Shown piece by piece: positions 1 to 13,166 of a stretch of DNA of 64,000 bases (position 1 is its first letter; the number at the start of each line of letters is the position of its first letter). The notes below the pieces were generated by a model that saw nothing but the letters and a program-made list of their open reading frames with translations, was not told where the DNA came from and searched no databases. The DNA is from Gekko japonicus (lineage: Eukaryota), in assembly GCF_001447785.1 (NCBI RefSeq), contig NW_015165830.1:3888917-3952916 (forward strand), written 5' to 3'. The translations under genes were made by a program, and so were the position numbers.

Positions 1-215
1 ATTTGTGACCACAATTTACCCTCTATACCAAGCTCATTAAAACATTTGTTTTTAACCAATGTATCTGTCTACAGGTGTGTGATACATGTACAACCATGGA
101 AATGGTATTTCATAGACATTTTGGCTTATCATTTTCCATGTGAAGACATTGGGATCATTCATAGTACAAGTAGTCAGTTTACGCATAATAGCTAATGATG
201 TCTTAAATCATTTAG

Positions 216-419
216 GTGGAACAGATGCGGTACAAAGACTCCCGCATTAAGCTGATGAATGAAATTCTCAGTGGCATAAAGGTATTGAAGCTGTATGCCT
301 GGGAACCGTCCTTTGCAGAGAAGGTTCTGGACATAAGGAAGAATGAACTCAGAGTCTTGAAGAAGGCAGCCTATCTCAATGCCTTGTCAACGTTTGCATG
401 GGTTAGCGCACCATTTCTG
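216..419 (+). CDS. ABCC3: ABCC3 exon 12 (204 nt)
   Basis: tttag|GTGGAA...TTTCTG|gtaaga; [30 protein letters not shown]...SAPFL. Confidence 0.95.
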
Positions 420-1415
420 GTAAGATTTGTTGGTGTACCTTGTAATTATGTAGGAGGAGCTGCCTGTGACATGGCAGGGCAATCCCTCTATAATTTTTCA
501 TGGGGGAGAAGAAAAACCTGCAAAATGCCTGCAGTTTATATGCACTGTTTCTATTGGGATTTTTTTTAAAGCTTTCAGTTTAAAAGAAGCCTCACTTTCA
601 CATGTGCAAAAGCCTGTGGAAATTATAAACTGGCAGCCATCCTAACTTTCATGCTGTGTGTTCAGAACTGATAACCGCCCATTCTGATAGCTTAGGCTCC
701 AGGAAGCTTCAGCTCAACTCAACTCTCTTTACTGCCACCAACTAGCCTCTTTTAGCGATACAGTGCTAATATTTAAACAGATAATTCATAGTATTTGTAC
801 AAGACTAAATAACAAAATTCCTTCATCATCCAGGATCTATTTATTTACTTTATTTATAGTCCACATTTCTCACTGAGACTCAAGGTGAATTACAAAATTT
901 TGTAAAGCAATAGAAACAGTATAAGACATGGCATAAAACTGCAAATACTGGATTGCTGAAATTAGAGACTAGTGCAGTAAAAAAGAAGCAATGCATACAA
1001 TAAACAGTGCCATAAACTACAGCCCTATTCTCTGTATAAAAAGGCCCTCCTGAACAATTCCATTTTGGAATGATAGATGTGTAAGAGCCTTCCTCGCCTC
1101 CTCAGTCATGTTATTCTACAAAGTGGGAGCCACCGTGGTGAATGCTGGGGTGCTGATTTTACATAGGATTGTTTAGGTGATGGTCAGTACGGTACCTTGA
1201 ATTGCACCCGGGAACAAATTGGTGACCAAAGAAGTGACTACAGAACAGGCATGATGGGCATAGTTTTCATAGTTCCGTGTGATAATCAAGCTGAGGCATT
1301 CAGCTGGAGTTTCTGGGTTGTCTTTGAGGCCAGACTTATGAGTGCATTACAGGCCTCAAGGTTACTGTAGTATGGATCCACATGGCCAGATCAGCCTGGT
1401 CTCAGTGGCTGCTTT

Positions 1416-1450
<35 letters not shown>
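1416..1450 (+). repeat. (AAC)n microsatellite
   Basis: About 11 perfect AAC units. Confidence 0.95.
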
Positions 1451-2554
1451 ATATAGCCATGCTTGCTGTGATATGTAAAAAATTTACTCCAGCAAGGAAA
1501 AGGTTAACTAGATCCATGCAGTTATTCTTTCTCTGGTTCTTTTAATGTTTCCCCCTAAATTAATGTTACAGTTACATCCTTTCCTTCTAGTGGGCATTCG
1601 ATGTTCTTAGTTTTGACGTGTCATCACATTTTTATTAAAACATTTAAATAGCACTGATCTTCCACACCCCCAACCTGCAGAAGAAGAGAATCTGAGTTTC
1701 CCCGCACTGTTTGGGCTATATGCTAAAAATCCAGCAAGGCTATGCTCCATGGTGCTGGAATTTGGTTGAACTCTGAAGCTCTGTTTAAGAACATACCTCT
1801 GCTGGTTAGGCCAGAGGGCCATCTGGTTTGATACGGCATCTCCCACAGTACCTAGCATCTTGGAAGCTTACAAGCAAAGGCATGATGGAGGTAACCATTC
1901 CCTGTTGATTGTCCCTTAGCAGTTGAGAGCAGCAGCCTTCAGCTGACCAGGACTGTGAGTTTTGAGTGTCTTCATTAGTTCTGTTTGATGGCTGTCTTGG
2001 GGGCTAGACACCACTCGATGGGATTTTCCTTGATTCACAATTTCCCACCTGCCTCACTGCACCAGGGTCCACAGGGGGGTGATTAAAAAACAGTGTACAG
2101 GGATGAAACCCGAGCTTTAATATACACCTACCCAAGCCTGAATTCATAAGGGAGGGTTAATGAGCTAAACTGACAGGGAAAGGTGGTTTTCTTTTTAAAG
2201 CGAACTAGAACAGAGTTTATTCAATAGGAAACAAACCACTGAGGCAAATATTAACAACTTTTGTAAATATTAACAGCCTGTGCGCGCCAATTATATCTGA
2301 GGAAGATCATTGAGCTGGAAACCAAACAACTTATGGAATGCACTCACGCGGTAACACCACTGTTATGACATCAAAATAAAATAGCTAGCACTTTAATATT
2401 CTCCTGTTATAATGAACTGTTTTTAATTATTTCATGCTAATTTTGATTGTTGATATGTATTTTATCCTCTGTAAGCCGCCCTGAGCCTGCCTTGGTGGGG
2501 TAGGGCAGGGTATAAAACAGATAAACAAACAAACAAACTAGGAGTTGAGGGATT

Positions 2555-4125
2555 TTATTTATTTATCTACTTTTATCCCACCTTACCCTGCAAGGGGGCT
2601 CAGAGCAGCATACACACACATAAATTCCATAAAAACATCACCACATTAAAATTAATTCTAACACAGTTAATATTTAAGAGACCAATCTAAAATACCTGAT
2701 AATGATTAGTTTCATTCCAGTAGACCCATGCCAGGTAGGCGCAGTGAAGCACTTTGATGGTATAAATCAGCCGCTTCCAGTGCCAATTAATATAAATAGC
2801 ACCATGGCGCAACTGAAAGCAGGGTAGGCCAATGTTGTTTCACGTCCACTGCCTCGACTGAAGGCCTGGCGGAATAGCTCCATTTTACAGGCCCTGAGGA
2901 ATTGCCACAAATCTCACAGGGCCCTGATCTCAGTTGGGAGCATATTCCACCAGGCCGGAGCCAGGGCAGAAAAGGCCCTGGTCCTGGTCAAGGCAAGGCA
3001 GAAGTCTTTTGGGCCAGGGACCACTAAACAGTGCTGGTCAGAAGAGTGCAAGTCTCTTTGGGACACATATGGGGAGAGACGGTCTCACAGGTATGCTGAT
3101 CCCTGGCCGCATAGGGCCTTAAAGGTTAATACCATAACCATACCATACTAAATTGGCAACCAGTACTGCTAGCGTAGCACTAGCTGAATGTGCACCCACA
3201 CAGATGTCCCAGTTAGCAGGCATGCCACCGTATTTTGTACCAACTGAAGCTTCCAGATCAGGTTCAAGGGTAGGCCCGCGTAGAGTGAATTGCAGTAGTC
3301 AAGGCTGGAAGTGACCATTGCATGGATCAACATCACCAAGTCCTGGGAGGGAAGGTAGGGAGCCAGCTGCCTGACCCGCCCACGATGATAAAAGGCTGAC
3401 CTGGCAACAGTGTTCCCTCTAAGCTGAGTTAGTGTGAGCTAGCTCACAGTTTTTTAGCCTCTGGCTCACACATTTTTGCCTTCGCTCACGAAGGATGGCT
3501 CCAGAGCAAACTCATTCATGCAGTAACCAAATCACTTGCTCACAACTTCAATGCCGGTAGCTCACAAAGTAGAATTTTTGCTCACAGGACTCCATACCTT
3601 AGAGGGAACATTGCCTGGCAACTGTAGTGACTTGGGTCTCCATAGAAAGGGAGGCATCCAGGGTCACTCCCAGACTCTTCACCATTGGTGCTGGTCTCAG
3701 TGGCGCCCCACCATGGGCTGGGGGTCAGGTTCCTAAAACCATCCCCCCACAACCTCCGCCTTAGCTGGGTTTAGTTTCAGCTGGCTCTGTTGTAGCCAGT
3801 CAACCACAGCCTCCAAAGCCCTAACCAAAGTATCCAGGGTACAGTCCAGCCGGCCGACCATCAACAGATACAGTGGGGTGCCATCAGCATACTGGTGACA
3901 ACCCAGCCCAAACCCCCAGATTAACTGGGCAAGGGGGGGCATATAGAAGTTAAATAACATTGGGAGCGGATCACCCCTTACGGGATGCCACATACCATAA
4001 GATAACGTGGTGAAATCCTCTCCCCAAGGGCCACCCTCTGGCCCCGACCTTGGAGAAAGGAGGACAGCCACTGCAAGGCAGGTTCCCCATATCCCCCTAT
4101 TGGCAAGGGAATCGGTCAGAAGGTC
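2555..4125 (-). mobile_element. Degenerate L2-type LINE 3' fragment, interrupted by a hAT MITE
   Basis: ORF 3733-4071 has RT motifs (LFNFYM, HQYADGTPLY, QLKLNPAKAE); similar to the 8500-10075 copy; ends approximate. Confidence 0.8.
3408..3613 (+). mobile_element. 206-bp hAT-type MITE, copy 1
   Basis: TIRs CAGTGTTCCCTCTAAG / CTTAGAGGGAACATTG; perfect 8-bp TSD CCTGGCAA. Confidence 0.9.
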
Positions 4126-4469
4126 TTAGGTTTTAAACAGCACATGCCCAAGGAATGGTTTATAACATATTAAAATACAGCATCCTGCTGCAACTTGGTT
4201 TCACACCAGACTCAGTATGTTTGCGTATTGTAACACATTTGTACACTCAGTTCCCCAGGAGGGAATCTGAACTAAAGGTTGGATTTCTCCTCTGAGCCTT
4301 TGTTGACTCACTTCTCTTATATCTAAGCCTTTGTTGACTCAGGAACAATTAGTTGTGAGACTGTTGCAAAAAACTTTGCTGATAAAATATTATGAATACT
4401 AACTGATCTAGATGCTGGCTGTAACATATCAGTTAGAAGAAAAGTGTAATACATCATCTGGTCTGTTGA

Positions 4470-6660
4470 TAGACCACTTTGACCCAGTTACTGTGATGGA
4501 TGTTGACAGAATCCTGGGATCTGTGAAGACTGCTACTTGTGCTCTGGACCCTTGTCCATTGTGACTGCTAAAAACCTGTACAGATTCCATCACTAAGCCC
4601 TTGATGTCCATCATAAATCAACAATTAGGTCACTTTCCTTGGCCACTCAAAAAGGCAGTTACCCATCCACTATTTTTTTTAAAAAAAACTCATCCCTACA
4701 GAAAAATCATGTGGCTAATTATCACCTAGTCTCTAACCTACCCTTTTTGGCAAAATGAATGAGTCACCAGTAGCTGACTAACTCCAGGTTGTATTGGTCA
4801 ACTCATCTACTCTGGACCCTTTTCAGTTTGTCTTCAAGATGGGTTATGGGCAGCTGTGGTGGCTTTGGTTGATGACCTGTGTCTGGACATAGACAAAGGC
4901 CATGCTTCTTGGTTGCTCCTACAGGATTTGATACAGTGGACCATGCCATCTTGTTGGGGCATTTGGAGACAAAAGTAAGCATCAGGATGTGCTCTGAACT
5001 GTTTCAAATCATTTTTTGCAGACTGAACCCAAAGGGTTGCCAGGTGAGACCAGTTGTCATCAGTGTGGGACCTGTCCTGATGGGGTTCTAGCCTGATGGG
5101 GCTCTATTCAACCTCTATGTAAAGCTCTTAGGACAAATTCATAGTTTTGGGGTTGGCTGTTATCAACACCCTATGCAACCTATCCACTGTAGTTAAATGA
5201 CTAAGAGTTAACAAATTGAAATTAAATCCTGACAAGACAGAGGTAATACTGGTTGGAAAGGCAGAGACTTTGAAGGATATTATGCTTCCCACTTTTGAGG
5301 GGGTTCAGTTTATTGGGTTAAATGTAAAAGAATATCATTTGCCTTGGGAGCACAGAAACTTTACGCAGTATGCCCAATGCTCCACGTTTCCCGGTTAAGG
5401 AGAAATGGTGTTGAAACAAATTACTCCAATGGTAAGAAGAGAAGAAAAAAATTATTTAATAAAAAATGGAATCACATCTTAGATGACATATTCATGTAGG
5501 TACATTTAACTTATTAACAGATTAACTTCAAAAAAGTTTAACTTGCTACAGTTCCAAGTTCAGCTAGTAGAGAGAGAAAAAAAAGAGAGGTCCTACGTAA
5601 GATGAAAACAGAAGTCAATCAATGGCCAAAGAGGCTCAACATCTAACCGATGAGAGGGTGGGGCAAACTGCCAAGTGTACCCGAGTGAAAAAATTCTCTT
5701 AACCCTTTCCCTCCCAGATCCTCGTGGATCCAGAGTTACAATATCCAACACAGCTGACCCACATTGACTCAGTCAAGAGTTTTTAAGGGTTATTCTGGAT
5801 AAAACGTTACTGCCAGAGAAGCAGATAAATGCAGCTGTAAAAACACTTTATACCAACTTAGTTTAGTCCAGAAGATGACCCCCTAACTTGACCTGGCCAA
5901 TCTGGCCACCTGGATGCTTGAGACTAGACTACTGTAATGCACTCTACTTAGGTGTCCCTCAAAGTCAACTTGGAGACTCCAGTTGGTGCAGAATGCCACA
6001 GTTGAGTTACTATCGGGATGTATTAGCTCCATTCTGTAGTCACTCTGTTGGCTGCCTATCAGTTACTGGGTTCAATTCAAGGTATTGGCTAACATACAAA
6101 GCCCTTCACGGCCTTGGACCGTCATATCTGCTGGACACTATGCTCCACCATGACAGCTTTTCTTATCTGAGTAGGGCCTTCTGCAGGTCCCACACTGCAA
6201 ATGGGCAAAATCAACTATTGCCTGTATATGTGGATTCTCTGCTTACCTTATGGAGTGGCCTACCTAGTGAGTTGCATAAATGGCATCAATGAGTGGCATA
6301 CAGGGCAAACAGTGCAAAATGGAATTATTCAAGAGGGCATTTTTACAAAGGTGATAAGGCTTCATTATAACAGAGTTGATTTGGGAGAATACTTTAATAA
6401 AGAGAAAGAGACTATGGCCTATACTACTAGGTGCAGTATGTACTATTTGTTGCTGTATGTGTTGACCTGTTATGTAATCTCTGCATTGTTTAATATGTCA
6501 TTTTAATACTTATGCTGGTTCTGGGTTTTCCACTTGGTTTTAAATTCTGCCTCCTAATCCTATTCCACTGCTTAGTGGATGGCCCATCCTACTGACTGCA
6601 TTGACTTACAGTGTTTAGTCCACCTTTAGTCTCAGTGAGAAAGATAGACTATAAATAACT
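4470..6660 (+). mobile_element. Old L2-type LINE ORF2/3' fragment
   Basis: Broken RT motifs (FDTVDHAILL, KLNPDKTEVILVG, RLDYCNALYLG); many stops; ends approximate. Confidence 0.8.
5311..5750. mobile_element. Probable solo LTR (440 bp) inserted in the L2 fragment
   Basis: Ends TATTGG.../...CCAACA (decayed TG..CA inverted ends); 5-bp flanks CAGTT/CAGCT; L2 sequence resumes on the far side. Confidence 0.6.
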
Positions 6661-7343
6661 CTTCTGTTTCTCTCACAGCTTCCAACCTATAACTCTCAAC
6701 CTTCAAAATCTAACTGACCAAACTACCTCCTGTCAGATCTTAACTCCTTCCCAGTGCACAGGTCCTATTGGCTATCCAAATTACTTTTCCATCTTCATCC
6801 TCTGTTCTGGAAAAATCTGGACCTAACTGACTTTTTGTATGTGTAAGATCCATAGAAGTCAGGAGTCCATTCCAATTCTTTGTCATTCCCTTTAATAGTA
6901 AATTTGATGGTACGTGCATGTCAGCAGGACAGTGAAGTGGGTTCCACAGACAAGGTAGGGGTTTCTGCCTGCTTGGAGGAGACCGCTGGAATCCACAAGA
7001 GTGTTACTTTATGCAATAAAAAAAACCAACCCTTCCCCCTACAAAGGCCTGACAAGTACTGCTGCAAGAGGCAATGAATGCTGGCATTTAAAGGAGGAAA
7101 TGGGGAAACTGACTTGTTCAGGCCCCAAATGGAAAGAACTGAGCCAGGAATTTCCAAGTAGTTTATTCCTTCTGTGATTTCCCCATGGCCCCCAAATTTG
7201 TTATAGTAAAATACTAAGTGTTTGCTGTTGAAAAATGCAGCATTCAGCGACATTATTATTTTTATTTCTTTGTACTGCATTTGTATTTCTGTGGGATTGC
7301 ACCAAGCCTTCTTTTTCTGCAGCACATTAGCGTAACAATCTAA

Positions 7344-7586
<243 letters not shown>

Positions 7587-7756
7587 TGAAAGCAAACAGG
7601 ACTTTGTAGGTCAAGCATATAGCTAGATATCTAAGCCAGAAAAGGTGAATCAGTGGTGGGCCTGTTGGAGAGCCAAAGTGGTGTATATAGAATGTAGTAC
7701 AGGGGAAGCCTGAGTTCAGCTACTCAGTAATTCAGAGCACCTACCTCTATTGTGAC

Positions 7757-8009
7757 AAGAAGAAGAGTTGGATTTATACCCCGCCCTTCACTTGGAGTCT
7801 CAAAGTGGCTTACAATCGCCTTCCTCTCCCCACAACAGACACCCCTGTGAGGAGAGAGCTCAGAGAACTGCTCTTTCCAGAACAGCTCTGAGGGAACTGT
7901 GACTGACACAAGGTCACGCCAGCAGCTGTATGTGGAGAAGTGGGAAATCAAACATGGTTCTCCAGATTAGAGTCTGCCAGTACGCCAGTACTTAACCAGT
8001 ACACCAAAC
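7757..8009 (-). mobile_element. Squam3-like tRNA-derived SINE nested in an older related SINE (~7667-8065)
   Basis: Reverse complement of the 63529-63809 copy, with (CTT)n tail. Confidence 0.75.
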
Positions 8010-8499
8010 AGAGAGGAGGACAGAACCACTCTGTCCTCCTTGAAAGAAGAGCAGGATAAAAGCATTATGGGGGAGACTGGGTTTGAACTTATATGTGTCA
8101 TGTGTGAAGTCTTTTTTTAAAAAAGCAAGAGGTGATGGGTGATGGGAGCTGAACTTTCCCTATGCTTATCATGTTCCTTTCAGTCCCCACCACCATCTCT
8201 CCAGTGACTTTCTCCTAAATAAATTCTGATATTGTAGCTTGGCAAGGAAGAGAGGATGTAAGGATGTAAATTGGGTAGAGAAAGTTTAGCATCCCACACC
8301 TGCAAACCTGTTTTGTTCTAAAAATTGAAGACTTCCTCTCTAGCCCCTCTCCCAGCAAGCAACTTGGCTTCTGCCACTTCTCATTTGGCCCTCAATGTAG
8401 GTCTAACCATGTTACTTTCTGGGTGAACTTTTAAGTGACATGAATTAGCTGATGTCCATTATGGAGAAAACATGGTGTGATAATAGCCTTGCATTTTCA

Positions 8500-10075
8500 A
8501 TTTGTATCCCGCCTTGCCGGGTGAACTGGCTCAAGGCGGCGAACAGACATTAAAATGCAGTAAAACAATAAATACAATAAAAATACACAAAAGCAACCTA
8601 CATACCATCATAAAAGTGCTAGTAAGGACAGTACAGGTGATGACAGCATTCAGTATACGATCCCATAGTGGAAGACAGTATCCAGCGGTGTATCACAGGG
8701 CTATGAGATGTTCCGGTGGCTCATTCAACAGTGGTGGCTCCTAATTGAAAGCCTGGTGGAAGAGCTCCATTTTACAGGCCCTGCGGAACTGTAGAAGGTC
8801 CCGCAGGGCCCTGATGTCTCCGGGAGCTCATTCTACCAGTGTGGAGCCGCCACTGAAAAGGCCCTGGCTCTAGTAATGGGCAACCTGGCGTCTCTCGGAC
8901 CAGGGAGAGTCAGGCGGTTCTGTGTCCCTGACCTCAGTGCTCTCTGGGGCACATATGGAGAAAGGCGGTCCCTCAAGTAGACAGGCCCCCGACCATATAG
9001 GACTTTAAAGGTCAAAACCAGCACCTTGAAACAAATCCAGTAAGCTATTGGCAGCCAGTGCAATGCCTTCAGCACAGGTTGGATGTGGTCTCATATAGAG
9101 AGTCCCATTAATACCCTGGCTGCCACATTTTGCACTAGCTGCAGCTTCTGGATTTGAGACAAGGGCAGCCCCATGTAGAGAGCGTTGCAGTAGTCTAATC
9201 TCGAGGTGACCATAGTATGAATCACTGTTGCCAGGTCATTGCGTTTGAGGAAGGGAACCAGCTGCCTAATCAGCAGTAGATGGTAAAAGGCTGCCTTGGC
9301 AGTGGCTGCTACCTGGGCCTCCATTAATAAGGCGGCGTCCAGGAGCACTCCCAAGCTCCTAACTCTTGGTGCTGGCACCGGTGGCGGCCCATCAAAGGTC
9401 GGGAGTGGGATCCCTACCCCTGACCCGCTCTGACTCAGGCACAGGACCTCCGCCTTTGTTGGATTCAATTTCAATCAACTCAGTCTAAGCCAGCCCGCCA
9501 TGTCCTGAAGCGCCCACTCCAGGTCATCTGGGGTAGAGTCAGACAGCCCACCCAACAACAGATACAGCTGGGTGTCATCTGCATATTGATGACACCCTAG
9601 CCTTTGCCTCCAGGCAATCTGGGTGAGGGGGCGCATGTAGATGTTAGATAACATTGGGGATAACACCGCCCCTTGAGGAACCCGCAGACCAGCGGGTACC
9701 TCTGGGACATCTGTTCCCCTAACGTCACCCTCTGTCCCCAACCTTGGAGGAAGGAGACAAGCCATTGCAAGGCAAGCCCCTGAATCCCAGTATCGGCGAG
9801 GCGGTGGATCAGTAACTGATGGTTGACCATGTCGAACGTTGTTGACAGGTCCAACAACAACAGTACCACCATACCACCTCGATCCAGATGCCTCTGGAGA
9901 TTGTCTGTGAGGGCAACCAGTGCCGTCTCTGTCCCATGGCCTGGCCAGAAGCTGGATTGAAATGGGTCTAGCATGGAAGTGTCCTCCATAAAGCTCTGCA
10001 ACTGAATCGCTGCTGCTCTCTCAAGTAATTTGCCCAAATAGGACAAATTGGAGACCGGCCGGAGAGAATGCACAA
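8500..10075 (-). mobile_element. 5'-truncated L2-type LINE (RT and C-terminus, frameshifted)
   Basis: ORFs 9597-10190, 9475-9765, 9091-9474, 8833-9075 give RPVSNLSYLGK, GHGTETALV, VPQGAVLSP, QYADDTQLY, SRLDYCNALY, LHWLPI. Confidence 0.9.
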
Positions 10076-10132
10076 CCTGCTCTTTATTTCTCATGAGGCA
10101 GAATGAATAAAACAAGCATTTTGCTCCCCCAG

Positions 10133-10220
10133 GCAAGCGTTTCCTTGAAGAGGATCCAGCATTTCTTGTCACATGATGAACTTGATCCAAGTTCTGTGGA
10201 AACCAAGTTGATTACTCCAG
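10133..10220 (+). CDS. ABCC3: ABCC3 exon 14 (88 nt)
   Basis: cccag|GCAAGC...CTCCAG|gtaaaa; ASVSLKRIQHFLSHDELDP. Confidence 0.95.
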
Positions 10221-12021
10221 GTAAAAATTCCGGTGTGAGGTGTTTAGCAGAGAGATTGGGCAGGAAAGACTTCATTTTGTATGGTGGTACTGGATCACAA
10301 CATCTAAAGAATGCAGCTAGGAAGAACTTTCTTAACTACTAAAGGCTGTTTCATACATGCATGGAATGACTCTAGTATCTACTAATCGCTTGCATGTCTG
10401 CAGCAGCCATGCTGCATCCAACGCAGCAGACAGAATTTTCATATCAAGCACTATACTTTGAAATTGTCAACAATTTCAGCTTGTGATTCATCAAAATGAG
10501 AACCAGCATTTAGACTATACAAATACTTTTGGCTATTTCCCTCAGAAGATGCTTTTTTGTTTGCAGTCCTGTTCATTTGTCATGATAAGGGCATGGTGAA
10601 TGTACTAAAGAAAATATGAGGTGAAATACCACTTGTTCTCTTAGGGACATATGGTCATCTTGCCCTTTTCCAAATATTGCTTGCCTGATTTCACACATTC
10701 TATTAGTAAAGGGCTAAGTATATTACCACAAACTGTGCCAAGTGTGACCATTTGAAATTCAGCCATTTCTAATATAATTTAAGGAAATGTGTAGTAACTG
10801 ACTATCTGAGTCTTCACATGGTCAGAGGTGCCATGCAGACAGAGTATGGGTTTGGATCCAATGTAGCATTTCCATAGGTAGAAGTTCTTCTGTCCATGGG
10901 TGTAACTTTATTGTCTTTCCCCCTCTCACTGCTGCCCACAATGCTCCCTCATGCTATTCCCAAGGGGACCCCTGTGCCCTAGGAGTAGCATTTGGGGGGC
11001 ATTTTCAGCTGCAGCACAAACAGGGGACAAGAAAGTCACACTCAGCAGGCAGAAATTGTTTGGTCCACAGAAATGCTCCATTGTATCCAAGCTAATGGTA
11101 CCATTCACCATAAACTATAAATCAGGCCTGAAGCCTTAACAATTTAATCAGTGTGACTGTGATGTGATTGATGTTACCATATACCTCTTTACACTATGAA
11201 TTCCATAGACTGTATGGCCAAAGAAAGAAACCAGAACCAGAGAGAATGTTGCAATGTAGCGTGAGTGGACTTAGAAGGGTGCTAAGTCTGTTTAGAATTT
11301 TAACAGTCAACTGATTGCATCACTCAAGGTTTGAGGGAAAGGGCTGGAAGCCCTGGGGTGGTTAATGCAATTGCATGTAAAATCTTTATGTTTTTTACCC
11401 TCATAGAGCAGGACACAACTTTACCAGCACATGCCTGCTCTTGAGAGTCCAGTTCCCTAGTGGCATCCTGGTTGACTGCAGCAGCCTTTGGCATAATGTC
11501 TTCGTTTTCAGGGGGGGAAAGTGTTGAACTGTTTTTGAACAGCTGAAAATTAAATTGCTCAAAGCACTGGAGTATAATCTCTAAACAGCCATGGCTGGGT
11601 AGGGTAGATAAACAACTGTGCATCTCAGTAATTGCTATTAGACAAATATTTAAGCTAGGATTGCTGACTGTCCCTTACTTTAAAGAATTTGTTTGCATTC
11701 CATAAACATGTAAGTTGCTTGGAGGATAATGGACGTTACTGCAGAAATACACAGTTCCATAGCACTCTCCTTAAAAATACCACCAGTTCCGTAATGTCTG
11801 AAAGTTTCATCTGGCATTGACCTCAGCAGTATGATTTGTGGCCAGACATGGGACAGGAAGCTTCTTCAAAAACAAGCCAGAACAAAACTTATCACTGGGG
11901 TTCCTCATATCTCAACAATAATTTTCTCCCCTTAGCAACTCATTGACTGTGAGAATTTTGCTCTCCCCCCCCTCCTTAACCCTTTAGTGTTATTTTGTGT
12001 TTGTTTGTTTTTTGTGTGTAG

Positions 12022-12088
12022 GGTATGCTGTTACTGTAAGGGATGGAACATTCAGCTGGGCAAAGGATCTTGATCCAGCTCTGAAAGA
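12022..12088 (+). CDS. ABCC3: ABCC3 exon 15 (67 nt)
   Basis: tgtag|GGTATG...GAAAGA|gtaaga; GYAVTVRDGTFSWAKDLDPALK; phase fits both neighbours; absent from ORF track. Confidence 0.93.
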
Positions 12089-13166
12089 GTAAGAACAACA
12101 CTCAGTTGTATATGCCAGTATTTGCCTGCAGCTTGTGTTCCCAGGGCTGAGTTTCATACATTTGTTGTCTTGAAGGAAAAGAAAGTGGGAAGTCAGTAAA
12201 AATCACCGTGAATCTCCAAGCTGGTTCCAGTAGCAGTATGTTAGCAAAAGCTCACAGAGGGGGGCTCACTGGGTTTGCTCACAGCATTCCTCTACAGAGG
12301 AGTATTGTGAGCATGCCTCTGCTGTCATGGAGGAGAGGTAGTGTGGTAGAGGCAAACTGACAAACTGAGGAGGATGGCACCTGATTGCACAGCAGCTGCC
12401 TGTTGTCTGTAAATTGCATGTCATCTTTGTTCTCTGAGTCCCACCTTTTTAAGCCAGGGGCAGAACGAATAGAGGTGTCAAAAGGATCAGGCTGCATTGA
12501 AGAACATCTGGCATTAGTGAGGCTGAGCAGACTCACAAGAATATTCCTGTTGCATAACATAAACATCTATCATGCATGCCCTTTAAATCTTTCATCCGCT
12601 TTTTAACATGGCTGAGGAAGTGCTTGGGAATGGCTGGTTACTTCCAGAATGATGAAAATTCAACCCATCCATTATTGTAACGTTGACTTTCAGAGAACGG
12701 GAGTGTAACACAACAGCAGTATGAACCAGCGATGGTTTTTAAAAGCTTTTTTCCTGAGGCACTGGGGCAGAGTTCTGTAGGAGGTAAACAGCAAGGCTGA
12801 ACAGGCTCAGCAGCAACCTAAACCAAATTCTCTAGCAAGACAGCGCAAATAGATTCCCGAAATTTAGTTGAGCCCCCCCCCCACTCCCCGATCAAATGGT
12901 GTGATTAAATCAGACAAAAGCATTTGGGGTTTTACAAAATGTGGGATTTCTTTGGTACTTTTCATATGACACTGCAATAGTATGAGAGCTGCTTTTTCAA
13001 TGGCTTAACGCCATGCTTCACTGATGTGGTGCTAATTACATGAGTCTGTTCCATTCTCCTTGGTGGATACCAATAGGGTAGGAAGAACCCCGGTGATTTG
13101 CCCTGTTCATCTGGTTCAGGCTTTTCAAACAGGGCTGCAGCTCCATGGGAATGAAACCATGAAAGC

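Noticed and set aside
9597-10190. 197-aa ORF that seems to fuse antisense exon 14 with an RT
   Set aside because: Chance open frame running from the exon's antisense strand into a truncated L2; the L2 is frameshifted downstream.
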